Part shown: piece after piece, positions 12,301 through 28,100 of the stretch
How the letters are laid out: the number at the start of each line of letters is the position of its first letter
Numbering within the stretch: position 1 is the first letter of the stretch
Assembly: GCF_026571515.1 (NCBI RefSeq)
Contig: NW_026862991.1
Coordinates: 1-64,000 of the forward strand
DNA: 64,000 nucleotides
Reading direction: 5' to 3'
From: Ruditapes philippinarum
Taxonomy: Eukaryota
Notes under the pieces: model-generated
Databases searched by the model: none
The model's input: the letters and a program-made list of their open reading frames with translations, nothing else
What the model was told of the DNA's origin: nothing
Position numbers and translations under genes: made by a program

Positions 12301-15300
12301 CTTAGTTATGTTCCTGTAGACACGCGAGAATGCCAATAATGAGTTCATATCTTAGATATATTAAAAGTTTCTATCAAAAGCAAATTTCAACAAAAAAGTA
12401 AAATAAGAAGTTAAAAACAGAAAAAAACAACAAAAAAACATTGCATTCAGGGCAATGCAATTGTCTTACAACTGTGCATTGCCCTTTAAATTGTATTTAT
12501 AGGTTCATATAGTTTTGAAATCACTCTACTTAACAAGCAATTTATACCAGCTTCCTTGCTTGAAAGAATCCCACCAACCAGAGACATTGACTTTATTTTT
12601 TGAAGCTATCAACATTGCTTAAGAAACGTTGGTGACACCTAGGTTCTTCCTTCACTATTTAAGCTGGAAAGTCGCCTTTTGAACTTAAAATGTGTTGCAG
12701 AGACTCATAGGGAAGACTGTGCATGCCTTACTATGTTGCCTCTTTAAATAAAGACTTTATTATTATTATTACCCTGCCTATCCCCCAAAAAGGGCAGTAT
12801 ATCCCTTAGTTATATTCTCACTTAAGTAAAAATAAACATTTTCCCTCTTTAAAGCGTTAGATTCTCCTAACATATCTGACCAAATTTATTTTGTACAATT
12901 TGATAAAGAGAAAAAGAAGTCCAGATATTTCCCAAAACGGGAAGTCAAGTTCATTTGAGCAAACATGATAGAAAAAACGATGGAACATTCACCGCTAGTA
13001 TATATACCTCACCGTGATTTTGGCGAGCTATCGAATTATAAAACTTGTCTGGTTAAAAATGAACATAATGTGTTTATAGAACATGTATATGGAAATTGTG
13101 AAACTTAATACCGTAATATGGTTGACGTGTATCATTTTTGGTGACGTTTTCGCACGAGGGATAAGGGATACGGATGTCTTTAGCAACGGTGAACGTCGAC
13201 TGTTTACACGTTGTCTCATAACATTGCTGAAGTGATATATCTAGATCAAACTCATGCTGTGACTGCACGTTTGTAACCATATACCTGTAATTAAAGTGCA
13301 ATTTAAGTAATTTGGAATATTCTACCGCATGTTATTTCAGAGTTAGTTAACATCTTACCTTCTAAATTGCGTAAATGGTTTGCCCTGCTTTGAATTTAGA
13401 ATAGTTTCTTCAGAGTTTAAGAGATTTGAAAATCAAAACAGAAAAAAGAAGCTAATCCAACAGTATCGAACCTAGTTAGACTTTACGGATACGAGGACTG
13501 GTCTTGCTCTATACTTGTGACCAACGCTAAACGATTTCGCTTTCAGCAGGTCAAGGGTTAATATTAAGTTGAATTTATTTTTTATACAAACTCTAAATTA
13601 AATAAATCAGTTTATAATAAAACAAACACATAATTATTCCAATTATATAAATGTATGTATGTCTCGATTGCTTCAAAAGCAGGCAAACATTTATGATCAA
13701 ATTAAGTTTATTCATTTACAACGTTATCAACATTTGCAATCAATCTATCTTTTGATGAAAATAAACACAATCATAGGAAAATAAAATTGTGATTTCTTTT
13801 GAATTCAATAACATATGAATTTAAAAATAATACTTACTCTGTACACCAGAGGCCTTTAGTTGACAATTTATGTAAAGTTCCTGCAAAAGTAAAAATTCAA
13901 ATGAATAATACATATATTATCATATAAGACATAACACCTGAATGTCTGTTGTTTGCAAAAATTGGAAATAGATAAATGAAATAAACTAATATTCAATTTA
14001 AGACATAATTGGCGAAATTTACAGAAAATACAGCAATTTCACAACCTTCACACGTACGTAAAAAGTGTTTCTGTTTTTGAACGTACATAATATAAAAAAA
14101 TTATGTAAAAAGTTCACCATTAGAATATTCAAACAAATATTCAAACGTGATATCAAGAAGGTTTAGCGAGGATTATGCGCATGCGCCGTCTGCGATTACG
14201 GAAATTTACATACATTAGTTTTTCAATTTAGAAATCATAGAGATACAAAAGTATTCAATGATTTACAGATCCACAAATGTTTGTGCTTTCTTCTTTATCA
14301 ATTAATATTTAATTCGATTTTTCATGAACGTAAATTATATTTTCTATACGATGAAACTGTCAGAAGATTATCTTCTCTTTTAATACCCCATTCATAGCCA
14401 AGCAAAGCAAATTTTTGTTGTATTTTTTCCAGATTCATCTCCATTCTATAATTGCATGGGTCTAGAGTAAAGTTCATCCACAGATTTCTTCCAAGAACTT
14501 TTGACTCAACACAACAATCGTAACTTGTATTATCTTTTGTAGCTATACATGAAGCGTTTGGCTCATAGTGAATGACCTCAAGACCATCTGAAGAAAGGAG
14601 CACAATATTGACTAAATTACATTGCTATATTAAAGTAAATTCGACTGTAACGGAAGGTCTGTAATACAAAGAATAATTACATTCATAGTATTTAGTTTAA
14701 GACATAACAACAAACGACGAAAAATTAATTCAAAGAAGTCGTTGATATTTAATATGATGTTTTGACTATGTTGAATAAATTATCTTTTATATTTTATAGG
14801 GCCTTGTGTTACTTCTGCACCTTTTAATGTTGATTTTGTCGACTTTATGTGTTTAAATGTTGGATTCTGCTTAAGCCGGTGCTAGGGGTGTGGACGGAAG
14901 TTTAACGGAAACTTAACAGTACCGTCCATGAACAGACTCAATCAAACCGAGTCTGCCACATTTTCTCTTTTGTCGTTTTGGGCTTTCTTTAGGAATTCTT
15001 GTTTTCTCTATTTTATGTCTTGTATTAACTGGTCAATATAAATTGATTTTCACATTCAACGCTACCATCTGGAGGCGGGCAGCTTTTAAATTAATTATAG
15101 TTCAAAATATGAAAAGTAAATTACCTCCTGTCACATTAGCTTTTATTTCACACGGTTCCTTCAGAAGAAAATGATTCAAGCCCATTTGTTGCATCAGTTC
15201 ATCTTTTTGTTTGTCTGTCAGTACAGCATCTGGTGGCAATGAATTGTTAGATTTCCAGCTATCTAATGAGAAGCCTGTAAAATCGTCCCAAAATAATTAG

Positions 15301-18300
15301 GCATTTCTATGTGGAAATTGAGGTAAAAAGCAATAATAAATGTAAATTTGATTTATTCAAGACTTTCAAATACAGTGTAGAGTTATTTTTAGTGTCAGTA
15401 CCTTTAGAAAAGTTCATTTTTACACGTTAAAGCAATACAAATCGTTCCAGGGGCGTCAATTTTAAAGTGCTTAAGGTATTTCATTTCAAATCACTTGCCC
15501 CTCACCGCTGTTGGTTTGAATCCCGTCAGGGACTTTGGATTTTTTTCATATGTAAAAGCTATCCAGCTAGCTTACGAAAACGTCGATGATTCAACTAAAG
15601 TGCCCGTTCGTGCCTGAAATAATAATGCATGGAAAGGCACTTGAGGTCTTCCTACACGAACCTTACTTTGATGATACAACTTAAAACCCGGTCAAAAAGT
15701 TTATCAAGCGTTTTCGAGATCAATATTAACCCTACGTAGAACAACAAAACATAAGGTATGGTGCATAATAACCTTGTCAGCTTCGACGGTCAAGATTTTC
15801 TTGAACAAATAGCAATAACATATTAATAAGGGATTGGGATCTTGAAACACGCCGGCATTACCACAGGCGTATGCTTGGGTTACATAATGACACGGGTAGA
15901 TAATTCGAAAACTTGGTCGGTGAATCCCATTTTTTTCGCTTTAAATATTTCTGATATAACATTCTAAGAGCATTCAACGTTTACATAGATTGTATTATAC
16001 AGATTTCATTCTGTTAAATATATATATGTAACTCTAGCATACACCTTTTAAATAAATATACTGGAACTTTCTAACATTAAAGCCAGGGAAAAACTTTACA
16101 CGCCCGACTGAACAACATTTCAGACAAAGGCGGGCATCAACCTTAAACTGGATTAAACAATAAATAGACGTTTGCTACTGTTTAAAACATTTTAGGTCAA
16201 TTATCCATTTTTAAATGTGTGGATGTCTTTTGATTGTTGAATTACCTGGTATTTGAAAGGTTGGTTTAAATTCACACTTTCGTTTCACAACGTGGTTTCG
16301 AAGTATTTCAATGTCACGGTTACATTCAAATGCACTTTCCATGCACACTTTGAATCGTAAGTTGATCGTGTACTCATTTTCCGTGCTGTCGTCAATCATA
16401 AACCTGTAGTATGAAATAAACTGTGCTAGTATACAACTAACATTTCGGATAGAACAGTGCATATATTCGTTTCGCAAACACGCTTCTCATTTTCATTTAA
16501 TGATTTATTGATTAATTCAAATAAGTGCATGGAATTCAAACTACAGCAAATGCAAAAAACGTGGAAAAGTTTTAAATTCACTTGATAAATCATTTGTTCA
16601 CTTAGCTATATAGAAAATGACAAATATTTATAAAACAAACTAGTGGAGCAAATTGGGTTTGAATAAAAATGAATTACTTACTCCACGCGTAGGAAGCCAT
16701 TCAGACTCATCGTTAAGTAATGACCTGTAATAAAAGATATGACATTTCATTTTATATAGAAATTACTATATGTATATAACTCATTCCCGTAAACAAAGAT
16801 AAAAAACTAGCTATAGAGACTCGTGATCGAGCAACATCATTCTAAGAACGCAGACATTTGTAAAATAAATCGTAGAAACGTCCAAAACGTAGTCCAGATC
16901 GCCCGGAACGTAATATATCGCAGTTTTTGCCACAAATGCAACAAGAGCTTCGCAAATGTAAACGACGCATATATAAATCTTAATTAATATGGGCTTAACA
17001 TAATATTTATTTACAAAATAAAATAAAATAAAAGATGTGTTAAGTTATCGTAAAACGTCTGTTAGGGAGTAAGAATTTACCAGTCGCTGCATCCTTCAGT
17101 GGTATTTCGTGATAGAGTTTTTCTATTCCAACAGTAAGCTTGAGCTCACAAGGATCAAACAGAAACTGGTACTCAAATGTATGTTGAATTTCGTCGACAT
17201 GGAAGCAACAATTTAGATCGGAACAAGATGTTTGTAAATTGCACGATATTCGCGTGTCCGCGTCAGTTATGTTGAGTAAAGTTACGTTATCAGCACAATC
17301 TGAAATATAACTCTTCCAATGTATTTGTTTCAATTATTTAAACAACGAAAAATAAAATCTGGTAAATTTGTACTCAATGTTCCGATAAAAATAGTACACT
17401 ATACACTGTTAATGGATTTCCGTTTTTAAGATATGCTATGCTCATTAGGTCTAATATTTTTACTGTTACCGCAGACATTTATTGAAATTTCGGAAATTCA
17501 TACTAAATATGTCTATTTTAAATTTGAAAATGCAAAATGCTGCATTCCCTTCAACTGGTCAAGTTTATTTCTTAAAAGAAACTGCCAGTTTTTTTTCAAT
17601 ATTATTTTGTTACAATACTGCGTTTTAATAGAGAAGTTTAAAACATAACATATTTTCTCTATGTGCACTCAAAAGAGAAAAAATAGAATCATATAAAAAG
17701 AAGTTGTATATACAATTAATTTATCTTTTGTTTACATTTTCCGTACATAAATAAGTGTCGGTGAAGCAACATTGTCATTTTTATAGTGTTTATCCGGGAA
17801 ATTCCCAAGTTGGTCACAATATAATGACACTATTTCTATAACGGTCTTCTAAAGACACGCCCGCATATTGAATCTGCGAACTCCCGCATACTAGTACGAG
17901 GTCACTGCAGCGTTAAAGTCGTCATGGAGCTTAATGTCGATAAAAACACTATTTTCCTAAGGTTCGATTTTAAAGATATACGAATATCATTAAACTTAAA
18001 AACACAAAATAATGTGTAAAGGAAATGAAAGAAAATACCTGAATTCCAACCATATGAATCATTGTAAGGCATCACAACGCACTCACTGTCCTTCAAGAAC
18101 TGACTTATTCCAAGGTCGCGCTGAAGAACCTTTCTTGCATATGCAGGTAGTTTAGTGGCGTTCATGTTCCTATGTGATGCCCATTCCATCAATGAAAATT
18201 CTGTAAGAGTCAAACATGCAAAATTAATGATTTGGTATAGGAGACTCTACTGTAGAATCGGTCTTACCTAGCTTTTAAAATCATAACTAATTTTTATCAA

Positions 18301-19158
18301 TCGATGATATCCGGAGAAAAATAAATTCAAATTTCGGAATAATTACATAAATAATAATCATTAGAAGTTTGCAAAATAGAAATGATGTAGGGATTTTGCG
18401 GCAAATGAAAATTGAAAAATAAGAAATAACGGTCCGGTTTATGAATTTAGAAATAAATATCAAGGTTAATTATAAGGTTATTATTCCGTTCTGGACGGAA
18501 AATGAATTTTCCGACGGATTCTTTTTTTTTCTCTGATTTCAGAAAGAGAAGGTTGATAATGGAGATAATTATATGCAAACGATGTGTATGTTATCAATGT
18601 TTTCGTACCGTCATTCCTATAGTTTTTATTGATAGGGCAATCTTCGGATGAAAATTTCTGTTCTTTGAGAACCTCGACAACTTCCGTACATGGTTCATTG
18701 GATTCAAAACATTGACTGATATTGAGAGAAATAACGTGTGACTGACTCATCACCAGGTAGTCAACCATAAATCTGTTAAAGAAAGTGTATAGTTATGTAC
18801 TAAAATATAATTATAATATACCACTAAATTTTGTTGCTATATATCATATCATATAAATGTGAGTTACGCACGAATCCGACATTTGTTAAAAATACCGGAG
18901 CATTTTATTAACAAAGAAAAATGTTGTAAATACTAAAGTTTTGAACGCAAATACTTTTTTTAATGAACGCATAAAATGACTATTTTTCAACCGGAAATGT
19001 GTTATTTGCGTGTATCTGGCTGTAAGATTATGTCTATGCGTTCTCCCCTGTTATCAATATTGTTCATGATACATTATCATTATAATTGCTGTTTTTATTT
19101 TATCATCACAGACACCTCTATCATCATATGTCATCATTATTATTATTATCATTATTTA

Positions 19159-19190
<32 letters not shown>

Positions 19191-22100
19191 CGTTGTGTAA
19201 TATAAAACTATTATTCGTTGTGTACTATAAAACGGTCATCAAAATACTTATATAAAATATCATAACTTATACTAAAGTACTAAATACAATAAACGCTTAA
19301 AGTGATCTAAGACCACGCCACTTTTTTAAATTGTACAGGATTAATATTTCAACATATCTGAAAATCGCCTGAGGGTGTAAAATCATGCGGTGTGACGTAA
19401 TGATTTATGACACGCAATTTCAACAAAGTGAAATATCCGAGATAAGGCGAGATAACGCGCAGCATGGTCCCTAATTGATTGTGTAATGTGATGTATTATT
19501 TTATGATAGTCTCGGGGTAACAAAAATAGACTGAAGTCCGCGTAGATTAACGGAGGAAGAAAAATCAACAACGAAAGAAACAAACGATTATGACTATAGG
19601 ACAAACATATTGACATACATACTGATTTGTCCCCACAATCAGACACTATGTTGTTGCTTTTTTTCCTTATCTTTTCATAAATCGAGAAGTTTATTTGACC
19701 ACGGATTTATAATACAATTATTGTAATTAAGATACGTGAATAGACCCTGCTGGCGTTCGGACTTTATCTAAATTAAACATGAAAGGGCGTGTTGTTGCTT
19801 GGAGCTTTTAAACCCTAAAATTACGTTGAAAGAATGTATATTTTAGTATGATTAATAATTTATAAGTTTGAAATTACATGTAAATAATTTGGAGGAGAGG
19901 AATTTAGAGACTGGTAGTTTTCTTTTTTTCCATGAGTTTCCTCTGAATACATATCATTGTATAAGCTTATTAAGCCTGGCAGAAATGTTCAATATATTAA
20001 GATTATATTAACAAAAATGGCATCTTTTTTGATTCTATTAAAATAAAAAAGTTTATTACATTGACAGAAGTTCAAGTAGATTATTTATTTATTTATTTAT
20101 TGAGCTCCAGCTATAATATCACTTCTTTTCTAATACCTTCTTTTATGCGAGTTTTGTCGAATTTTTGTTTAAGGTGTGAAAGGACTTGGTTCGATTCTCA
20201 GTCATGGATGACAGCCTTTTAGCTATTAGCTCGACTATACGAAGTATATGGAAAGCTGTCCTACTCGCCCCGGCGTCGGCGTCGGCGTCCGCGTCCAGAT
20301 TTCAGATTAAAGTTTTGGTGCCGTAAAATATTTTTCACTATAACTTTGTCATTTCTTAAGGTATCAATTTCAAACTTCAAATATATGTTCCTTATCATCA
20401 ACCACATCTTATGTGACAAGGTTCATAACTCTAGCACCAATATTTTCAGATTTATCTCCCCTTGAACTTAGAATTTTCCTTAAAAAATACTATTTTTTAC
20501 TGTTACTTCTTTATTTCTTAAGGGATCAACCTCATACTTCAAATATATGTACCTTATCATCATCCCCATCTTATGTGACAAGGTTCATAACTCTAGCACC
20601 AATATTTTCAGATTTATCTCCCCTTGAACTTAGAATTTTCCTTAAAAAATACTATTGTTTTACTGTTACTTCTTTATTTCATAAGGGATCAACCTCATAC
20701 TTCAAATATATGTACCTTATCATCATCCCCATCTTATGTGACAAGGTTCATAACTTTAGCACCAATATTTTCAGATTTATCTCCCCTTGAACTTAGAATT
20801 TTCTTTAAAAAATATTATTTTTTACAGTAACTTATTTATTTCTAAAGGGATCAACTTCATACTTCAAAAAAATGTACCTTATCATCATCCACATCTTATG
20901 TGACAAGGTTCATAACTCTAGCACCAATATTGCAAGAATTATCTCCCCATCAACTTAGATTTTTTTACTAGAAAAATGTTATTTTTTACTATAACTTTTT
21001 TAGTTATAAAGGTATCTACCTCAAACTTCAAATATTTATTCCTTATAATCAATTATATTTTATGTGACAATGTTCATAACTCTTGAAGAAATTTTTACAG
21101 ATTTATCTCTCTTTGAACTTAGGATTTTCTTTAAGAAATATTATAACTTTGTTACTTTTTAAGGTATCTACTTCAAACTTCAAATATATACTTCTTATCA
21201 TTACATACATGTTGTGTGACAAGGTTCATAACTCTAGCGTGACTATTTCTAGAATTATTTCCCTTGATCTTGGAATTTATTTTAACAAATGTTATTTTCT
21301 TACTATAACTTAATACATAATTATACATAATTGATTTTTCTTCCATAGTTTTGTCCTCCTTACTGCGTCCAGTATTTTATTAGTCGAGCTTGGCTGTCTT
21401 ATGTGATAGCTATTGTTTTTATGAAGCGGTCAATACATATTTAGTTAGAATATGATAAGCATTTAAATGTGTTCTTACGATCAAACAACGTAATACATTT
21501 TAGTACTTACTTCACCTTTAACGCTGAATATAATGAAATCGTCATTTCTTTCCCTACAAATGAAATATGACATTAAATATATTAAGTATTTTATGTAAAT
21601 GTTTTAAATGCATAAATAATAGTTTACTAAGCTACATGGTAGCTATTACTTTCTACATTTCAATTGATACGTAAATATTGGAAATGTTTATTATTTGTAG
21701 CAAGCAAAATGCATAATTGAGTATCTAACTCCGTAGAAAATATGAAGGTATTAAAAACGAATGTAGGACAAAACCCCACGAGTCAAAACCCTACGCCTCA
21801 AAATTTTATAGAGTGGACAAAACCCAACACCTAAATTTTACAGAGTGGACAAAACCCCACACCTCCAGTTTTATAGAGTGGACAAAACCCCACCACCTTA
21901 AAGTTTTAAGAGTAACATTAAGGAAATGTATTTGACATGAACTACATTTGAATTATTGTTTTTTCATTTGAATGATTTATTTTTATTTCTTTATTTTCAT
22001 ATATGTACATATTTATTTGATAGGAATATTCTTTAATACTCTCAGATATCCTTGTTTAAAAATGTATAATTGATATAATTAATGAAAAAAAAATCAATTT

Positions 22101-25100
22101 CTATTATTGGTCATAAATAATTGTGGCACAGTTTAAATATTAAAATTCGTCTCAAATAAATGGTTACTCTAAGATATCACAAATTCAACATTTTTATGAA
22201 AACATTGCGCCCTCGCCCGGGGAAACAAAGTATTAAAACTTGTTATAAACAAATATAAAGTTGTACATGCATTGTTAATAAAATTGTTCTTTCTTATATT
22301 ACACACATGTTTTATTGATGTAATTTGATATTTGAATTAAAAAAAAATGCAAAAAACGAAATAATGTGTTTTATTATATTAAGATATATGTATAATATTA
22401 ATATATTATTATATGTATTTAATCTATCAAATCTTGCCCAATAATTAAAGGTGGTGTGGTTTTGTCCACTCTGTAAAACTGAAGGTGTGGGGTTTTGTCC
22501 ACTCAGTAAAATTTAGGTGTGGGGTTTTGTCCACTCTATACAATTTTGAGGTGTGGGGTTTTGTCCGTCTTCCTTAAAAAACAAGCGTCTATATTTAAAG
22601 CATCAAGCCTCTAGATTCATGGTAATTTTTGTGAAAAAAAAAATGAATTTTTAATATTGTGAAGTTACCAAACGGAAGCAATTTACACATTTTCAATGCC
22701 ACTTACAACCCACTTAAATTGCCAAAAAGTGGCCAAAATATGCATTGATAGCCCTTACGGCGTTAGTAACGCAGTAGAAATATAGATGTAAATACTGAAA
22801 AATCAGTCATTAATCGCACAAAACATGTAAAATTTTAATTGAATATTGAATCGTTTTTACATTTCCTAAAATTTTAGTACATTTTTCTCAAGTTTGAATT
22901 TATTGAAATATTTTGACTCATCTGGAGGCATGTAGCTTTAAAAAAAGACTTTACTAAAACTGAGTCGAACCATTTTAAACAACTTCGTACCGTATTCAAA
23001 ATCATAGAGCGACAATGTCCTGCTTAATGTCTCAATTGTGATATTTATCAAATGATTGCATCTGTCAAAATCTAGCTCGTAGAAAATTCGCCGTTGTAAA
23101 GTGTCAGACTGTATGCAGCACGATATTCTCGAACATGTATCCGATAAACTGCATTCTGGCGGGAAAGTCGGGACAGCGCCACATGCTGAGAATATATTCA
23201 GAAAGATATATCAATGATCTTTAGAAATTCTGCTTCGTGACATAAAAATGAGAAACATTTACTTTAGTTCACAAATGTTATGTTTTAACATAATGTTATG
23301 TTGTTATGTCACGTTTTAATATATTATGTTATGTTATGTAATGCTATGTTATGCAAATGTTTGTGCAAATAATATATTCGACTAGCTTACATAACATAAA
23401 TGTCGATGATGATGATATATCGATGATGACTATGATGCTGATGATAAAAATAAGAAATCTAATTCATCACAAAATGATTTTGTAAGTTACATATTAGACT
23501 AGCTTACATAATAATAAAAATGATGATGATGATGATTATGATAAAGATAATAATTATAAAATGTACGAGACTACTTATTCAGTACAAAGTATGACAATAT
23601 GAGTAACAGAAGTTTTTCTTTTCATTGAATTTTTACATTAAACATTTACAATTTTCATTTTATATTCATATCTATATTGCGTTTTGTTCCCTCTTCCTGC
23701 TTTTTTTCTTATTTGCAGTTATACCTTGAGATATATTGCTGTTTATCACTGCACATTCCGTTTCCATCATGTACGGATAAACACCCAAATCTGTCATCAG
23801 TTCTATCTCTTCGACGTGATCAAGGGTGCCAAATATAGATATGTTTCTATCTTCCTTCCACTGGGTCAGTGAAAAATCTGAAATTAAGTAAATAAGCATG
23901 CAATATCTCTCCCGAACTCATAATTCTTTAATACAATGCCATTTACAAGGCGTTTTTTTGTCAAATTGTAATGAACATTTAAAAGCATATAATTAGATTA
24001 ATTGTGTAAATAAATTAACTCCGAAATTAAGAACATAGAGTTTCCTAGCCATTTCAAGGGTATAAACTTTTACGGTAACAACTTCAAAACTGGTTGACTA
24101 ATATATTGTGAACGGGTTGTTTTGTGAAATTTTAACTGTATACGTTTGTTTGTACAGGGGAAAAGCTTGAAATAAGAACAGCATTTGCGAGTTCAAGATT
24201 AAATACATTTTATTCGCTTGACATGCATATCGACTCAAAAATTTTACCCCTTTACATTAGGCTATTAAACTGCATCTACCGGTTTCAACAGGGAGATTCT
24301 GCAAAATGATATAGTAATCTCAGACTACCAATTAAACCTGCCAGTGGGCAAAGAATCAGTATCTATCTACGAAATTAGCAACTGTCCGTAATAGAACTCG
24401 AACCCGTAACCTCTCGATTCCCAAGCACACATCCTACCACTTGATTACCGTTCCTTTTCTTCTCCTAGAACATTTCGATATTCGGAATAACAATTTCCCT
24501 TCACAAAAGTCCGTTTAAATAAGAAACCTTTTTTTATTTCCGATCGTACCTTTATCTGTGTATCCTGGGTTCATTTCACATATGGACTGTGGCAGAATGT
24601 CATTTCGGAGAATATCAACTTCAGTCCGACAGTTTTCTTGGTCTAAACAAATACTAAGGTTGACACTAGCAACATATACACGTTGAATTGGAAGATCTTT
24701 AATTAAATAGCTGAAACAACAAAATTTGTATTGTATACTTCAGTTACGTGTAATTAATTACCTGTATTTCATGTACGTACATATTTAAAACTGTAAATTT
24801 GATTTTATTCAATTTTCTCACCAATACGTTAACGTTGTAATATCATGTTATAAATATCTTTTGAATATTTATAGAATATCAAGTGGCTTACTTGGTATTT
24901 ACTTACAATTTTCTATTTGCTAGTTTGTTTTAAATGTGTGAACATACTATGTTACATTACGTTTTTCGTTGGTAAAACATAGGAAATATTAATTATAGGT
25001 ACACTCAGTTTGATTCCTTCAAATTATTCAAAGAGCGAATACTTACCAAAAACTAATTAATATGATATGTTTAAGAAACATGACGTGGAACATTGATAGT

Positions 25101-28100
25101 AATTTAGAGCAATGTCTTTTATTGCTCAGCATAATTATTATTTAATGTTTTATCATTTAATGTGTTAGTAATGCAGTATGAATACCTTTCAATCGTATTA
25201 AAGGTAAATAACTTACTCAAGTCTAACAAAGCCATTCAAATAAAACTTGTTGTGTGCACCAAACTCAATCTTTGTCAAAGAGATATGCTTCAAAATGCGT
25301 TCAATTCCGATTGTTAATGTTTGACTGCAGGGATCCAGTTTAAATGTTATATAAAATGATCGTTGTATCATGTCAACATAAGAACAACATTGAAATCCGG
25401 AGCACGTGTCGTCCATAAAACATTTTGTGTGATCTGGTAATGTTTGAAAGCTAACATTGCTTCGACACTCTATAAAATAAAAGAATTATATTGATACATA
25501 TTGCTCATGTAAAACTGTTAGTATTGTACAAGTATACAGGTAAAAAAAATCGCCATCTAATATTGTATGAAAGATTTCACGCCTGACCAACGCGTATGCC
25601 TACTATCTTATCAAGTGGTAGTCTAAACAATAAATCTCGTAGTATCAAGTTTGAATTTCTTATCACTATATTATGAGTATTCACATTTGTGAATTGCATC
25701 TGAAATGACAATAATACTAACAACAACAAAATTCGCTACATGGTGTTAGTGATGGGATTCGAGCCCACGCCCATTTAACAATTATATTCCAAGACAAGTA
25801 TAAATATATACGGAAAAAGTTAAAGCGATGTTTCTAGTGGTATTCAAACAGGGATGTAAACTGTATTTGTCACAATCAATTTGTCTTTATTTGTTCACAG
25901 TTTGGTTTCAAACAAACGTTCAAAAAAAGAATTAACCCTTTCCCACATGAGCATATTGTGAAAAATGCCCGTTTTCAGTGAAAAGCCTCCTGTTACAAGT
26001 TCAAACTGCTATGCAACTATGAAAAATGCTTCAATACTAATCAAACTTGGCACAAATGTTGACTGGACAATTGCCTTTGTAAGGACATGCTCAGTCTTAA
26101 ATTTCCTGTTACCATGGCAACGAGGGGACATCTCAAAATTGCCAAAAATCACTATTTTGCCTCGATTTTTTCAAATTTATTTCAAAGTGCTGCAACTTCT
26201 CAAGGGATTGAGATAGAGTCAAAGGCTTTTCAGTGTGGTTACACGTTACCTTATGATCGACCTGGGGTCATTTTCAGCCTCTCACAAGTCCAAAACTTTC
26301 TTGGCGATGAGGGGGACTCCGCCCCCCTTCAAACCCCCCAAACAGAAGGGGGTACATCCCCCTTCTGGCAACCCCCTGATGTATCTTTTGGATGGGGGAC
26401 GGCGCCGAAAAAGTGCTAACTTTTTTTAGCAACATTTCTCAAACGAAAACGTGTTTGGGGCCCAAATAGGACATTTTTTCACTATTTCAGGCCTAAAAAA
26501 AGGGGGGGGGGGGTCGAAAGTGCGTTGTTTCGCGTATATATGAGGTAAAGGGTTAAGAAAAAGCTGATGCAAAAATATGTTCAATACCTGATGTCCAGCC
26601 GACGGCAGATGGTGGTATATATGGAAGCGCCGTAGTGTCACAATGTGTAGTCTTCAAGTAGGGCTCGACGCCAATTTTTGACAAGTAAAATTCAACACCG
26701 GTTTCTGGAAGCTGCTTGCTGTCGTAATGAGATTTGTTTCGCCATTCCTCATATTTGAAACCTTTTACAAAGTATTTAACTATCTTAAGAAAATTGCAAT
26801 ATATGACATTTTGTATTACAATATACATGACGGAAGTTATCTCCTTGACTGAGCGGTAAAGATGGCTGAATGCGAAAAATGTTCTGCCTTTTAAGTGTTT
26901 AAAAATTCCGCTTTTTATAAACAGTTATCGTTATCATTTTTTAAAGAATGAATTTGAAATATTACTATATCATTAGCTCGTTAATATTCGGTTCATTTCG
27001 TCACTTTCCGTATCTTATACGAATTAGATAAGCTTTGATATGTCTATGAGCGACAATGATTATCTTTCCATCTGAACGCTTTCAAAATAACTACTATATG
27101 CATACAAAAAGAAATTTGCTAAAAACACATGCGATTGTAATGGTTGGAATTTAGAATCGTTGAAATATATAATATGAAAGAAGCTTAAGCCTATGAACCG
27201 GGAAGTCAGCTAAAACTTTATTGGAAATAAAGGACTTGGTAAACAGCATTATTGTGTTCATTTTATTTTCATTCCGTGTTTCCATACAACGTTTCCGTTT
27301 TGTGTCGGCACAACTCGACACTTATTCCTAGCCGAAAGATTTATAATCCTTCGGAATACCTCGCAGATTATCAATAAGTTATACCGGAATTGTAGAGAAG
27401 TTGTAATTCATTGGACATATAATCTTATTGACAAATAACGTCATATTTTTATTTATTGGATTTTTTTCTTAGACTTTTACCGCAAAAAAATTAAGAAAAA
27501 TGTCACAGAATATTGTTTGATTTTATGTCTGAGATTTCCTTCGAAATGGTGGCGCCCGTAATCGACAAATGACACTGAAAAATTTATTGTATATATGTTT
27601 TGATATGAAATTAGACACTGCCTACGACGCGAAAGCTGTTCTGATTTAATTACAAGTATAAAATTTCAACATATAAAACATGTAGATATTTCCCGGACCT
27701 AGTAAATTGTAAGTAAATGCACGCATTTAGTACCATTCTATCTATATAAATGAATTGGTTGTGTTCAACCTATCAGCGAAGTGTTTTTTTGTTTTGTTTT
27801 TTTTCAAAGGCGTCCTGTAATATATACCTTAATATAGAACCCGTCCATATTGGCGGCGCCCTACTAACTGTAAGGATTTTTCTCAAACTTGTTAGACTTA
27901 GAAATTTTTATTTTATTTTATTTCAATGTGATTTCAAATTAACTTGTATACGTCACACATGCAATCTAAAGGCCCGGTCACACAGCCCTTCGCGTCTGTA
28001 TCGCGGGTAAAATTTCGCGATTTTTTTTTTGCACGCGGTTGCCCGTGGTGGAAAATGTGCAAAATTGGCTTACCCGCGGTTTACCCGTGATATTCCTGCG

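Noticed and set aside
19296-19812. Kolobok-like MITE with TTAA ends
   Set aside because: Terminal inverted match is too weak to call from this window alone
20413-21313. Repetitive ORFs (MTRFITLAPIFSDLSPLELR...) as a repeat protein; same for 44920-45540
   Set aside because: They are translations of the ~162-bp tandem core of a non-coding Helentron-type element
24380-24450. tRNA gene
   Set aside because: Only degenerate A/B boxes, no complete cloverleaf; better explained as a SINE head
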